Below the pieces are notes generated by a model. That model searched no databases, was not told where the DNA came from, and saw nothing but the letters and a program-made list of their open reading frames with translations. This document shows positions 40,823-50,866 of a stretch of 64,000 nt of DNA, in pieces. Position 1 is the first letter of the stretch. Each line of letters begins with the position of its first letter. Location of the stretch: positions 468,651 to 532,650 of the forward strand of contig JBEPZY010000002.1 in assembly GCA_041640595.1 (NCBI GenBank). The letters are read 5' to 3'. The translations under genes and the position numbers were made by a program. The DNA is from Gemmatales bacterium (lineage in GTDB: Bacteria > Planctomycetota > Planctomycetia > Gemmatales > HRBIN36).

Positions 40823-40934
40823 ATCGGTGCTCCGTGCGTTTGCATTCGCGCACATTGCCGCGTCCGGTCCCAGTGAGGCCAAGCGGCAAAGTTCGGAGTT
40901 CGTATCGGTGCTCCAAGCGTTTACATTCGCGCAC
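40823..40934. repeat. 31-bp direct repeat, 2 copies, 81-bp period, intergenic
   Basis: ATCGGTGCTCCGTGCGTTTGCATTCGCGCAC (40823-40853) vs ATCGGTGCTCCAAGCGTTTACATTCGCGCAC (40904-40934), 28/31 identical. Confidence 0.8.
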
Positions 40935-41037
40935 TCGGAAGAAAACGAAACCGGTGGCAGATGGACAGCGATGCCCCATCCCCACCGGTATTGATGCTGA
41001 GCCAGGCGCGGATGTTGCTAAGCTTTCACTGTGCGTG

Positions 41038-42567
41038 CTAACGAGACGCCTTGTCCAGCGGTAAGGTCACAGGAACATCGAACACGGTTGGCGCAGAGCG
41101 ATGGGTAACGACGAGCCGGGCCACTTCTTTGTCCACCTGAATCGCCTTTCTCTGCCGCCCGTCGAGTAGCAGGAATCTGTAGGTCAGCTCGTAAGACTGC
41201 GCACCGCCCTGGTTTATGGCTTTTGCCTGGTAGCCGACCTGCGGAAACAAATTACCTTTGTCGTCGAAAAGTTGGCAGAAGATGGAAGAGGGGTCGCCGA
41301 TTCCAGCGCCGATTACGTTGCCCGGCCCTTGCACCTGAATCGGTAGCTGAAGCTGGGGCGGTTTATTGGTCTCCAGCGTAACAATCAGCTGGGGACCAGC
41401 CTGTTTGACTTCCTTAAGCCGGAATTGAAATTCGTTGGCCTCGCCGAAAGTTTTGCCAGCCGCTTCCAGCGGTTTTTCAATGCTCACCTGTCGGACTTGA
41501 AAGACGTCCAATTCCAGGACAGCTTGCAGTCTGGTCGGGGCTTTGCCGCTGGCGAGATCACGAAGGTGCAGCTGGGCCAGGCATCGCCAGTTTTGCACCC
41601 CCGGTCTCATACCGGGCGCGATAATGCGAGCGTTACCGGGAACAATCTGAATTTGAATCTGGGCATTACCGCCCGGAGGAACCTGCAACTGGATCTGACG
41701 TTGCAATTGTTCCAGTGCTTCCTCTTCGGGCGTTTTGTGCTGCGTGATTTCGGCTTTGGCTTGGATGGGCTGGCCGGTCTGGTCGAGCAAGGTAGCTTCT
41801 CGCAGTCTCGGTTGACCGCGAAGGGCATAACGCTTTGGCTCGACGCAAATTTCCAACCAGCCCTCCCAGTTACCGTCATCGAGTTTGTTCATGCGGAGCA
41901 GACAAACGCGGACAGATCCCGCATAACAGACCGACTCCCGCTGAAGCTGGCCCTCTTCGAGTCTCCAGGACTGCGGCAAAGGAACTGGTCGGCGGTTTTT
42001 ATCGGGCAGTTCCGGTGCTGCAGGCCGTAAGCCACACGCTGCCAGCACGCGATCGACCACTTCCCAGAGCGGCGCATTATCTATCCGCAGGGAAATCTGC
42101 TTGCCGGCCCACTTTTGCCGCTCCGCCGGATTGTTCTCGAACACGATGCCGGTTTTCGCTTCTAAATCTTTGAGCACTTCGGGAACAGGCGTGCCGTCGT
42201 AAGCGACCGAGATAAGCGAGGGTTGGCGCAGGCGCTGGGCGATCGTCCGTGCTTCAATAATCCGCGCTAAATCCGCGGCCCGGCGTCGCACTTCCTGGTC
42301 TTCGCTTTTCTGAGCAGCTTCCTTGAGTGCCGGCAATGCCGCTTCGCCGATCGCTTCGAGTGCTTTCTGGGCCTTCTCGCGTTCGGCATAGGTGGGGGCA
42401 CCTAGCCGCTGGACCAGTTGTCTGATTTCGGCATCGGTTGGTTTGGCAGCAGCGTTAACGTCCTGGCCAGCGCTCGGCACCGTTAGCGCTGGAAGCATCA
42501 GGCACGCCACACCGAACACTGCCACAGGGAACCAAATCCTTCGAGGCATGCTCTTTCGGCCAGTCAT
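41038..42567 (-). CDS. Secreted HEAT-repeat + STN-like domain protein (paralogue A)
   Basis: Signal peptide; LGAPTYAEREKAQKALEAIGEAALPALKEAA HEAT; ISLRIDNAPLWEVVDRVL; GGAGG RBS. Confidence 0.75.
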   Translation of the reverse strand: MTGRKSMPRRIWFPVAVFGVACLMLPALTVPSAGQDVNAAAKPTDAEIRQLVQRLGAPTYAEREKAQKALEAIGEAALPALKEAAQKSEDQEVRRRAADLARIIEARTIAQRLRQPSLISVAYDGTPVPEVLKDLEAKTGIVFENNPAERQKWAGKQISLRIDNAPLWEVVDRVLAACGLRPAAPELPDKNRRPVPLPQSWRLEEGQLQRESVCYAGSVRVCLLRMNKLDDGNWEGWLEICVEPKRYALRGQPRLREATLLDQTGQPIQAKAEITQHKTPEEEALEQLQRQIQLQVPPGGNAQIQIQIVPGNARIIAPGMRPGVQNWRCLAQLHLRDLASGKAPTRLQAVLELDVFQVRQVSIEKPLEAAGKTFGEANEFQFRLKEVKQAGPQLIVTLETNKPPQLQLPIQVQGPGNVIGAGIGDPSSIFCQLFDDKGNLFPQVGYQAKAINQGGAQSYELTYRFLLLDGRQRKAIQVDKEVARLVVTHRSAPTVFDVPVTLPLDKASR

Positions 42568-42602
42568 GTTCTTCCTCCCGTGATTGCTTGACTGCTGGCA
42601 AA

Positions 42603-44048
42603 TTACTTCCCGCGATTCGGAACCAAATCGAGTTCAAACGGAAATTCCAGTATGGCTGGTCGGGTATCCGTGAACAGAAGGCGATTGGGTTTGGCCTGCG
42701 CGTGGGGCAAGTGGAACACCAAAGTATGCGTATCAATGGGCACGTTATTGCGAACATGACGGGCGATTCCGTGGGAGGCAAGCGAACATGGTCTGCCCTG
42801 GTCGTCATAAAGCTCGATAGCGTTCAGGTGTGAAATAGCGACAGCCGGGGCTGCAACAGGATTCTGCGCAACCGGCAACGGCGGAAGGCGACCAGCTTGA
42901 GCCAGCGGTCGCATCAATTCCAGGACAACCTTCACCTGATTGTCCTGGCGACTGGCCTCGACCAGACGCAATTGTAAACCGTCGGCCTGGCCGTAGGTTC
43001 GCCGTTCAGCAGTGAGCGGATCGGAGACGGTGATGGTCTCTTTCATCACAACCTCGGCCAGAAACGATCCCTGGAGCTGGGCTGGTTGCTCGTCTGCATT
43101 GTTGAGGCGAATCGTCACCAGGCTGCGCCAGCGTTTTTCCAGTTTCCGGCCAGGGGCAGCAATCCGTATGGCTGCCACTTGCACCTGACCGTTATTCTTG
43201 AACTGCAAGGCAGCCCCTGCGGGATCTTCGACGGACGGGGCAGCACCGACCGCAGGAGCTAACTTTACCGGCAGAAGCTGGCCGTCTTTGTCCAGAGCGC
43301 GAATTTCACGAAGCGTCGGTTGATGCTGGAAGGCAAACCTGTCCGGTTCCACGCAAATTTCCATGAGCATCTGCAGGTCGGAGGATTTTACGCCAGGCTT
43401 TTCCTTCACCCAGGCCAGCTCCAGCAAGCGTATCCGCGCTACACCGCAATAAGCGACAGGCACTGGCCGGCGTGGGCCAGCTTCGAGTACGAATTCCTGC
43501 AAGACGGCGTGATCGGCGATTTCGCCAGGCCGCGGGAACCCTTGCTGTAATCCACACGCCGCCAGCGTCTTATCCACGACTTCCCAAAGTGGTTTCTGGT
43601 CGAGGCGAAGGGTGATCAGTTTATTGCGAATTTCTACCTGCCTTGACGGTGGCACATCCCACTGGAAACTCAGGCCAGTTTTTGCGGCCAGGTCGTCTAA
43701 CACAGCGCTGACGGGCGTCTGGTGATAGGCCACCGAAATCAAAGTTGGCGAACGCAGTCGGCGAGCAGCGATTTGTGCCTCAATGACGCGAACCAGATCG
43801 CTGGCCCGGCGTTTGATTTCGATGTCCTGGCTTTTTTCGGCGGCCTCTTTCAATGCCGGCAATGCCGCTTCCCCGATCGCTTCGAGTGCTTTCTGGGCCT
43901 TCTCGCGCTCGGCGAAGGTGTCAGCTCCCAGCTGCCGAATTAATTGGGCGATTTGCTCGTTAGATGCGGCTGGTTCCTGGCTGTGAGCACTTAGCAAGCC
44001 CAGGCACACACCCAGCGTCAGAATCCCAGCCAAGCAATTCCATCGCAT
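42603..44048 (-). CDS. Secreted HEAT-repeat + STN-like domain protein (paralogue B)
   Basis: Signal peptide from MRWNC; same HEAT module; ITLRLDQKPLWEVVDKTL; GGAGG RBS. Confidence 0.75.
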   Translation of the reverse strand: MRWNCLAGILTLGVCLGLLSAHSQEPAASNEQIAQLIRQLGADTFAEREKAQKALEAIGEAALPALKEAAEKSQDIEIKRRASDLVRVIEAQIAARRLRSPTLISVAYHQTPVSAVLDDLAAKTGLSFQWDVPPSRQVEIRNKLITLRLDQKPLWEVVDKTLAACGLQQGFPRPGEIADHAVLQEFVLEAGPRRPVPVAYCGVARIRLLELAWVKEKPGVKSSDLQMLMEICVEPDRFAFQHQPTLREIRALDKDGQLLPVKLAPAVGAAPSVEDPAGAALQFKNNGQVQVAAIRIAAPGRKLEKRWRSLVTIRLNNADEQPAQLQGSFLAEVVMKETITVSDPLTAERRTYGQADGLQLRLVEASRQDNQVKVVLELMRPLAQAGRLPPLPVAQNPVAAPAVAISHLNAIELYDDQGRPCSLASHGIARHVRNNVPIDTHTLVFHLPHAQAKPNRLLFTDTRPAILEFPFELDLVPNRGK

Positions 44049-44170
44049 ATCGGTATTCCTCCCAGCCAGTGTTCTGGAGCTTTTTCCAAATTGCGGTAAC
44101 CAGCGCCAGCACCCAGCGCTTATAAGACGATTCTGCACCGCATTCCTAACCGACCCGGTGAGCGAATCGA

Positions 44171-44566
44171 TCAGGGTTCTGGCAGAATATCCGGCTCGAC
44201 CTGATAAGCGTCGGCCAGGCGATTCATCTGGTTATACAAACCGACGACGGCCAGAACTTCGCCCAGGGCCTCGTTGTCCAGACCCAGCTTCTTGACCGCA
44301 GCCGTATGGCTATTGATGCAATACTGGCAGCCGTTGGTGACCGAGACGGCCAGGGCAATGATCTCCTTGGTGAGCAGATCGATCTTGCCCGGCCGCATGA
44401 TGGCCTTGAGTCGCGTCCAGCACAATTCGAGGTGCTCAGGGTTAGTAGCCAACGCTCGCCAGATATTAGGAACGCGGTCAATCTTTTTGGTGGCTTTGAT
44501 GTCCTCGAAAATGGCTCGGACACGCGGATCGGGAGTGTTTTCGTCCACCAGTCGTACCGTAGCCAT
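44171..44566 (-). CDS. Carboxymuconolactone decarboxylase / AhpD-like peroxidase-related protein
   Basis: KEIIALAVSVTNGCQYCINSH motif; AAGGAG RBS. Confidence 0.9.
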   Translation of the reverse strand: MATVRLVDENTPDPRVRAIFEDIKATKKIDRVPNIWRALATNPEHLELCWTRLKAIMRPGKIDLLTKEIIALAVSVTNGCQYCINSHTAAVKKLGLDNEALGEVLAVVGLYNQMNRLADAYQVEPDILPEP

Positions 44567-44620
44567 GACGATTCTCCTTAGCGTCGGGTGAAGGAATGTA
44601 CGGGTTCGGCAAGCGCGTTT

Positions 44621-46033
44621 TCAGCCGGCTGTGCCGGGCCATTTCGTCACCGCATCTGCAGCGGATACGCCTGCCGCCGGTTCGATCAGGAGCACACGCA
44701 GGTCCATGACGTTGGTTTCGGTCAGTCCCGGACGAAAGAGCGCTGCTACTGCATCGAAGAAAGTGTAGGCATCGTGGCGGGTCAGAAAATCGGCCAGGTT
44801 CAGACCTCGTGTTTGAGCCTGCCTCAACACCTCAGCGTCGGCAAAAGCTCCAGCGGCATCAGTGGGTCCATCCTCACCATCCGTACCACCAGCCAGCAAA
44901 ATAACTCCCTTCGGATCGGACTGGCTCAGCTTGTGCAAAAAGGCAAGGGCAAATTCCTGATTGCGTCCGCCTTTGCCATGTTGTTTAGGTAAACTGACCG
45001 TAGTTTCCCCGCCGCTCAGGATGGCTGTGGGCTGTCGAATCTCCTCGCGCCAGTAACGGGCCAGGCATGCCAGGGTTTCTGCTACCGGCCTGGTTTCACC
45101 TTCCAGATACGGTCCCAACTGGAGCACTTCCAGTCCCGATTGTCGAGCAAACCGGGCCGCAGCTTCGAGAGCATGACGGTTACTGGCCAGTACGAAATGG
45201 GCGACACGGGGTTTGCCATCCGGACCGAGTGGCAGATCTTTCGGCGTTTCCGGGATTTCGCCCCGCAGGCCGCGCTGCAAATGTTCACGCACACTGACCG
45301 GGATTTCTTCCAGCAGTCCGTATTTTTCCAGCACCGACCAGGCGTCGGCATACGTGGTGGGGTCGGGAGCGGTTGGCCCTGAGGCAATCACGTCCAGCGG
45401 GTCGCCGATCACGTCAGAAATAATGAGCGTCAGGCACAGTCGGCCGGTAAATTCCTGAGCGAGTCGCCCGCCTTTGATACGGGAGATGTGTTTGCGAACC
45501 GCGTTCATCTCGGCGATGGTAGCACCGCAGCGCAACAACGCGCGAACCACTTGCTGTTTTTCAGCCAGAGAGATTCCCTCGGCTGGTAACGGCAACAATG
45601 CAGAGCCACCGCCAGAAATAAGGCAAATGAGCAAATCATCGGGACCGGCGGAGCGTGCCAGCTGCAAAATCTGTTCGGCGCCGTAGGCCGCTTCGGGTGT
45701 CGGCTCGTTGACACCCATAGGTCGGGCCGGATGCAAATGGATGCGCTTCAGTGGACGAACGGTTTCGTTCGGTACGTTGACCCAACCTTCCACCCGGCTG
45801 AGGTCCACACCTGCGGAGGTAAGGGCCTCTTCGAGTGCGGCAGCCATGGCGGCTCCGGCTTTTCCTCCGCCGACCACAAGAATTCGCGGGTATTGTCGAA
45901 AATCAAAACGCGGGTCGCCTTCCCGGTAGCGCTGCAACAGGAACTGCGGCAAACAATACTGTGGCCGCACTGCTTGAACCCCGGCATGCCAGATTGCTTC
46001 GGCGAGGGCCCGGTTCAAAGCAGGTGGCGGCAT
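44621..46033 (-). CDS. Glycerate 2-kinase (DUF4147 + MOFRL)
   Basis: GGGKAG, ISGGGSAL, IKGGRLA, SDVIGD, IASGPT, GGETTV, GGRNQE, GTDGEDG, TNVMD. Confidence 0.93.
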   Translation of the reverse strand: MPPPALNRALAEAIWHAGVQAVRPQYCLPQFLLQRYREGDPRFDFRQYPRILVVGGGKAGAAMAAALEEALTSAGVDLSRVEGWVNVPNETVRPLKRIHLHPARPMGVNEPTPEAAYGAEQILQLARSAGPDDLLICLISGGGSALLPLPAEGISLAEKQQVVRALLRCGATIAEMNAVRKHISRIKGGRLAQEFTGRLCLTLIISDVIGDPLDVIASGPTAPDPTTYADAWSVLEKYGLLEEIPVSVREHLQRGLRGEIPETPKDLPLGPDGKPRVAHFVLASNRHALEAAARFARQSGLEVLQLGPYLEGETRPVAETLACLARYWREEIRQPTAILSGGETTVSLPKQHGKGGRNQEFALAFLHKLSQSDPKGVILLAGGTDGEDGPTDAAGAFADAEVLRQAQTRGLNLADFLTRHDAYTFFDAVAALFRPGLTETNVMDLRVLLIEPAAGVSAADAVTKWPGTAG

Positions 46034-46131
46034 GATCCATTCTCCGATGCCGTGGTTCGCGGCCAGTGATCCATAAAACGCATGCGGCAAAGCGATGTTC
46101 TCGCCAGAAGCAAAACCGGGCCGGTTGCCTG

Positions 46132-48153
46132 TCAAGGTTCTTTGCTGACCGACACCAGATACGGCAGGCGATCGCGTGAATCAGGTATCGGTTCGCCCGC
46201 GAGACGAGCCTGAATGCGTAGCACCCCCTGCTCTGCCAAAGGTAACAGTTGCTGCACAGCTTCTGCCCACTGTCGCCGCGAGCGTGTCGCTGTCAATGCC
46301 TGATACCGTTTCAGCCAGTACACCGCCGTTTCATATTCTCGCCGGACTTCCTGCAATCGGGCTGGGCTGGGATTGACCGGCAAGCGCATTTCGTTACGGA
46401 TGGCCCAATCCAGTCGGCCCAGGGCGGTGAAGTAGGTAATCTGCTCCAGCAATTCGGGCGCTGCCCAGTCGTAGTTCAGGTAATACAGCGTGGCGGTGTA
46501 TTGCTTCCACAGTCCCTCAATCTGGTTGCTCAGCTGGGACAATCTTTCCGACGACCTGGGATCGCGTGAACCGGGTGACCGTCGCAGTTCTTCTCCATGC
46601 AGTTGGTAAGCGCGGATGATTTCCGGTGCCCACTTATTCCGCAAAGCTACGACGGGATCCTGGTCCGCTGTAACAGAAAAGTCTCCGCCCATGCGGCGGT
46701 AAAACACAGCCAGTTTTTCGTCCAGGTCGCGCTGAGTTCGGTCGAGTTCCGCCAGTGCCTGCAAGACCTGACCCCGCACCAGCAAGTCGCGGGCACCTCC
46801 GGGTTCGATCCGCAATTTCAGAATCAAATTGTCGAACACTCGAAACAGGCGGTCGGCAGCATACGGCGGTAAGTGTTCGGCAATCTCCAGCGCCCAGCGT
46901 GGTACCCAGTAAGTACGCGGAACTATGGGACCATCCAGGAACCGGATCTGATTGCGCCCTTGAAAATCAGGCTCGACAACCACCCGCGGCTGGTAGCGCA
47001 GCTGACGCAAGGGGTTGATAACAAAGCGTGCGGTGCACATGGCCGGGAACCAGGAGCGTTGCCGGTCACGCCAGTACATCACGGGGACGTCCAGCCCGGC
47101 CTGTTCTAATTCCTGCCGACGTTTTTCCAGTTGCACAAAGAGACGCACTTTCCGCTCAGCTCCCAACCATTTCTCGAGCGTTTCCATCTTGGGCGACAAC
47201 GCCGGTAATTCCGTGAACAGTCCTAGCCGCAATTCCTTCAGTTCCTCTGGCTTTGGTCGCTCGGCATCGGGCAAGCGATCCAGAGCGGCTGGGTTTTTAA
47301 GCAGATGACGCAAGGTCAAAGGCTCACCGTTGCCTTGCCGCAGCATCTCGCCCCGTCGTGTGTCGAATAGCAGTAAATCGTCGCCAACCAGCACGCCGAC
47401 CAGCCAGAGCGAGTAGATCGGCTCTTCGCTGGTGCTTTCGGGACTGCGGCGAAGTACGGCGACGGCAACCAGGTCGCTTTGTTCCAGCAGGGCCAGGTAC
47501 ACCAGAGCGCGTTCCTCAGCATCACCGGTACCGCGACGGAGCACTTCATGGGCGGGCCAGGTGTCCATGTCGGTTCGCCGAGGCTGATATTGCACATGCC
47601 GCATGCACCAGGCAAACGCATGCTCGGCGAGGCGTCGCTGCCAGCGTTGCTGTTCGGGACCCGGTTCGCGTGGGGGACGGCCAACATCTTCCTGCAATTC
47701 TTCCAGGGCATCTTGAAACAGAAACGCCCGGTTCAAATACGCTGCATCCACGGCGTCGAACGCTAACTGCTCGAGCGTGCGAACCTGGTATTCCTGGGTG
47801 AACGGCTCTTCTTCGCCGCTGGCACGTATGATACTCCGCGGAGGCAAGCCTGCTGTCAACTCCTGGGCCACTTTCCGGGCCTGCTCCGACAACCGCCAGT
47901 CCGGCCTTTCTTTCTCGATCAGGCTCAGATACGTGTTCAATTGCTGGACGGCGTTGATATAAGTTGCGTGACTGGGCGTTGCTTCGCGTAACGTTCTCAG
48001 GGCACCGCGCAGGACATCTTCGGGAGTTTGCCGCTGTGTCTGCGGTAACCCGACTGAGCCGGACCCGCAACCACTTGTTGCCGGCATCAGCAATACCCAC
48101 ACGAGCAGCCAGTGCCATTCCCGACGCAAAAAGCCGTACCACCCGATACGCAT
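46132..48153 (-). CDS. Large lipoprotein with a transglutaminase-like segment lacking the catalytic Cys
   Basis: Lipobox TSGC; AFAWCMRHVQY...EVLRRGTGDAEERALVYLALLEQ; later LLFDT. Confidence 0.65.
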   Translation of the reverse strand: MRIGWYGFLRREWHWLLVWVLLMPATSGCGSGSVGLPQTQRQTPEDVLRGALRTLREATPSHATYINAVQQLNTYLSLIEKERPDWRLSEQARKVAQELTAGLPPRSIIRASGEEEPFTQEYQVRTLEQLAFDAVDAAYLNRAFLFQDALEELQEDVGRPPREPGPEQQRWQRRLAEHAFAWCMRHVQYQPRRTDMDTWPAHEVLRRGTGDAEERALVYLALLEQSDLVAVAVLRRSPESTSEEPIYSLWLVGVLVGDDLLLFDTRRGEMLRQGNGEPLTLRHLLKNPAALDRLPDAERPKPEELKELRLGLFTELPALSPKMETLEKWLGAERKVRLFVQLEKRRQELEQAGLDVPVMYWRDRQRSWFPAMCTARFVINPLRQLRYQPRVVVEPDFQGRNQIRFLDGPIVPRTYWVPRWALEIAEHLPPYAADRLFRVFDNLILKLRIEPGGARDLLVRGQVLQALAELDRTQRDLDEKLAVFYRRMGGDFSVTADQDPVVALRNKWAPEIIRAYQLHGEELRRSPGSRDPRSSERLSQLSNQIEGLWKQYTATLYYLNYDWAAPELLEQITYFTALGRLDWAIRNEMRLPVNPSPARLQEVRREYETAVYWLKRYQALTATRSRRQWAEAVQQLLPLAEQGVLRIQARLAGEPIPDSRDRLPYLVSVSKEP

Positions 48154-48255
48154 ACTACCACTCTCCTGTCCACCCTGTCCGCGCAGTGGCGGAGATCCCA
48201 CGACGGTCGAAAAGTCCAATCAGCGTCGCCGGATTACGAATGGAAAATGATGAGC

Positions 48256-48927
48256 TCAGGGCGACCCCGCCTTTCCTGCAGTATGATCATAAGGGCTCGG
48301 CGTGGAAACGGCAGGCGGCAGAAACGGCACCAGTTGCGGCAGGAGTTTTTCGATGGCCCGCGCACGATGGCTCAGCACCCGTTTGACCAGCGGACTCAGT
48401 TCTCCGAAGGTGCGATGGTATTCGACAATCTCGAAAAGCGGGTCGTAACCGAAACCGTTGCTGCCGCGCGGTGCGAGAGCAATCCGTCCATAACAACGGC
48501 CTTCTGCCTGGGCCCGAATCTTGCCGGTCGGATCAGCCAGCACAGCCACGCAGACGTAGTAGGCCTCTCGCTTCTCGGTCGGAACTCCCTGAAGTCGTTG
48601 CAAAAGGAGAGCGTTGTTAGCGGCATCGTCGCCGTGTTTACCGGCATATACAGCCGAGTGGACTCCCGGTTCGCCTCCCAGCGCGGGCACCACCAGTCCG
48701 CTATCCTCGCCGAGCACCCATTCGCCCAGAGCTTTGGCCAGCTGCGTCGCTTTCAGCGCAGCGTTTTCCTCGAAGCTCGTCCCCGTCTCGTCAGGAATCG
48801 GCGCCTGCGGAAAACTTGCCAGGGTCAGAAGCGGAATCGGCAAACCGCGCAGTAGCTCCTGCAGTTCCTGCACTTTGTGGGAATTTCGCGTTCCCAGCAC
48901 CAATCGTGTCATGGTTTCGCTGCTCAT
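48256..48927 (-). CDS. rdgB: Non-canonical purine NTP pyrophosphatase (RdgB/HAM1)
   Basis: TRNSHKVQE, EDSGL, PGVHSA, GFGYDP, SHRARA. Confidence 0.95.
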   Translation of the reverse strand: MSSETMTRLVLGTRNSHKVQELQELLRGLPIPLLTLASFPQAPIPDETGTSFEENAALKATQLAKALGEWVLGEDSGLVVPALGGEPGVHSAVYAGKHGDDAANNALLLQRLQGVPTEKREAYYVCVAVLADPTGKIRAQAEGRCYGRIALAPRGSNGFGYDPLFEIVEYHRTFGELSPLVKRVLSHRARAIEKLLPQLVPFLPPAVSTPSPYDHTAGKAGSP

Positions 48928-49212
48928 GCCTTTTACCATGCGTTCTCGGTCAGGTTCCGGCAAGTTGGGACGCTCAAACTTATGGCAAAAGTGGACGAAT
49001 GGCCAATCGGCCTCATGAGGCGTCAAAGTTTGTGAAAATTGGCCAGCTTACCGATTGGCTACGGTTTCCCTGGCCGGTCAATTTGTTTTCACAGCGGTCG
49101 GCTGACCTGCACAGTTTTCCATGCCGCAAACATTTGCCCCGCCTAGAATGCCGATAAAAGGACAAAATTTGGCGATTTTGCTGTCGCAGTGACGTAAAAA
49201 AGAGAAGCTTTC

Positions 49213-50691
49213 ATGCTCGAAACTGTTCGGTTGGTGGCGCGGGGTATCCAGCAAAAAGTCGTCCTGTGGGACGGCCGTAAGGTGATTGACTGGTTGCAGG
49301 CGCGTCGGTTACGCCGACTCATTGCTCATGCGAAAGCCCATTCGCCATTTTATGCCCAGCGTTATCGCAACATTGATCCCGACGGGTTTCGGCTGGAGGA
49401 CTTGCCGCCGGTTACCAAGACGGAGTTGATGGCGAATTTCGACGACGTGGTTACCGATCGCCGTTTGAAGCTGCGCGATCTGGAAGCGTTTATGAGCGAT
49501 CCGCAACGCCTGGGGCAATGGTATCTCGGTGAATATGCGGTGAGCCGAACTTCCGGCACCCAGGGAATGCAAGCGGTGATCGTGCAGGATCGCCGAATGA
49601 TGGAGTTGCTCTTCGCCCTGCAGATGACACGTGGCACAGTTTTCCCGACAACTCCGTGGGGGATTGTCGCACGCCTGGTGCAGCGGGCTCGCCTGGCGGT
49701 CATTACTATCGGCCGTGGTTTCTTCCCCAGCGCTGCCGCTCTGGCTTACGCTCCTAAAGCCTCAAGGCGGTTCGTGAAGCGGCTCTGGCTGCAGCACATC
49801 GAACCTCTGGAAGAGGTGGTGGCCAGGCTCAATCGCTTCCGACCGCACGTGCTGCTTGCGTATGCCAATGTGCTGGTGATTCTTGCTCGCGAGGCTTTAG
49901 CAGGTCGCTTGCGCCTGCCTGGTCTCCGGCAGGTCATCAATATGAGCGAACCCCTGTCGGATGGTGCCCGCGCTCTGGTGAGCCGGGCCTTTGGCCTGCC
50001 GGTTACGAACAATTACGCCCTCGGGGAATGCATGGCCCTGACGACAGGATGCACCTGTTCGCCTGGAATGCATGTGCAGGCCGATTGGGCCATTCTCGAA
50101 GTCGTGGATAAAAACTATCGCCCGGTTCCTCCCGGCCAGCCTGGCGACAAGGTGCTGGTGACCAACCTCTATAACACCGTGCAACCGTTCATTCGTTACG
50201 AGGTTAACGACGTGGTCACGCTGAGTCCTTCGGCCTGCCCGTGCGGATGCCCGCTACCACTGGTGCTGAAAGTTGAAGGCCGAACTGACGAGGTCATCTG
50301 GATCCGCGTGGGCGACCGTTACAAACTTCTCCATCCTTACGTGCTGGTAGATTTTCTCGATGAATATCCCCCGGTCGGCTGGTATCAGATCATCCAGACC
50401 GAACGAAATCGGTTCCTGTTGCGGGCTCAACCGGCTCCTAATCGCACGGTGAGCGTTGAAGAATTGCGGCAGGTGATCGAACGCGGATTGAAACATTATC
50501 ACCTCGACGGCCTGGTGCAATTTGATATTGAAATCACAGACCAGGTCGCTCCCGATCCGCGGTCGGGTAAACTTCGCCGTATCACCAGCCGCGTCGGACC
50601 TCCCGCCGACCTGACCGAGGAAGAGCGCCTCCTCGCCGAACAATCGCAAGCATCATTCGTTCCGCCCGCAGAAAACCGGGGCGCTGCTTGA
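49213..50691 (+). CDS. Phenylacetate-CoA ligase / F390 synthetase-family adenylating enzyme
   Basis: HSPFY, LPPVTK, RTSGTQG, VTNLYN..PFIRY, EGRTDE, SGKLR. Confidence 0.85.
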   Translation: MLETVRLVARGIQQKVVLWDGRKVIDWLQARRLRRLIAHAKAHSPFYAQRYRNIDPDGFRLEDLPPVTKTELMANFDDVVTDRRLKLRDLEAFMSDPQRLGQWYLGEYAVSRTSGTQGMQAVIVQDRRMMELLFALQMTRGTVFPTTPWGIVARLVQRARLAVITIGRGFFPSAAALAYAPKASRRFVKRLWLQHIEPLEEVVARLNRFRPHVLLAYANVLVILAREALAGRLRLPGLRQVINMSEPLSDGARALVSRAFGLPVTNNYALGECMALTTGCTCSPGMHVQADWAILEVVDKNYRPVPPGQPGDKVLVTNLYNTVQPFIRYEVNDVVTLSPSACPCGCPLPLVLKVEGRTDEVIWIRVGDRYKLLHPYVLVDFLDEYPPVGWYQIIQTERNRFLLRAQPAPNRTVSVEELRQVIERGLKHYHLDGLVQFDIEITDQVAPDPRSGKLRRITSRVGPPADLTEEERLLAEQSQASFVPPAENRGAA

Positions 50692-50866
50692 CCGGTATCA
50701 TTTTCTCTGTTGACCGGACATAAGATTACCGTTTCCCGACCGTAAGAGGGTACCGCTGTATTCACCGCAGACAACACACCAGCAGCCATCAGCATAGAAC
50801 CACTGTTTACTGGCTACGGGAAGTTGCACCTGGCGATACCCTCACTATCGCCCTTTGCGATCGGGC

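Noticed and set aside
50832..50856. Hairpin GGCGATA/TATCGCC as an intrinsic terminator
   Set aside because: 7-bp stem with a weak U-tract; insufficient support
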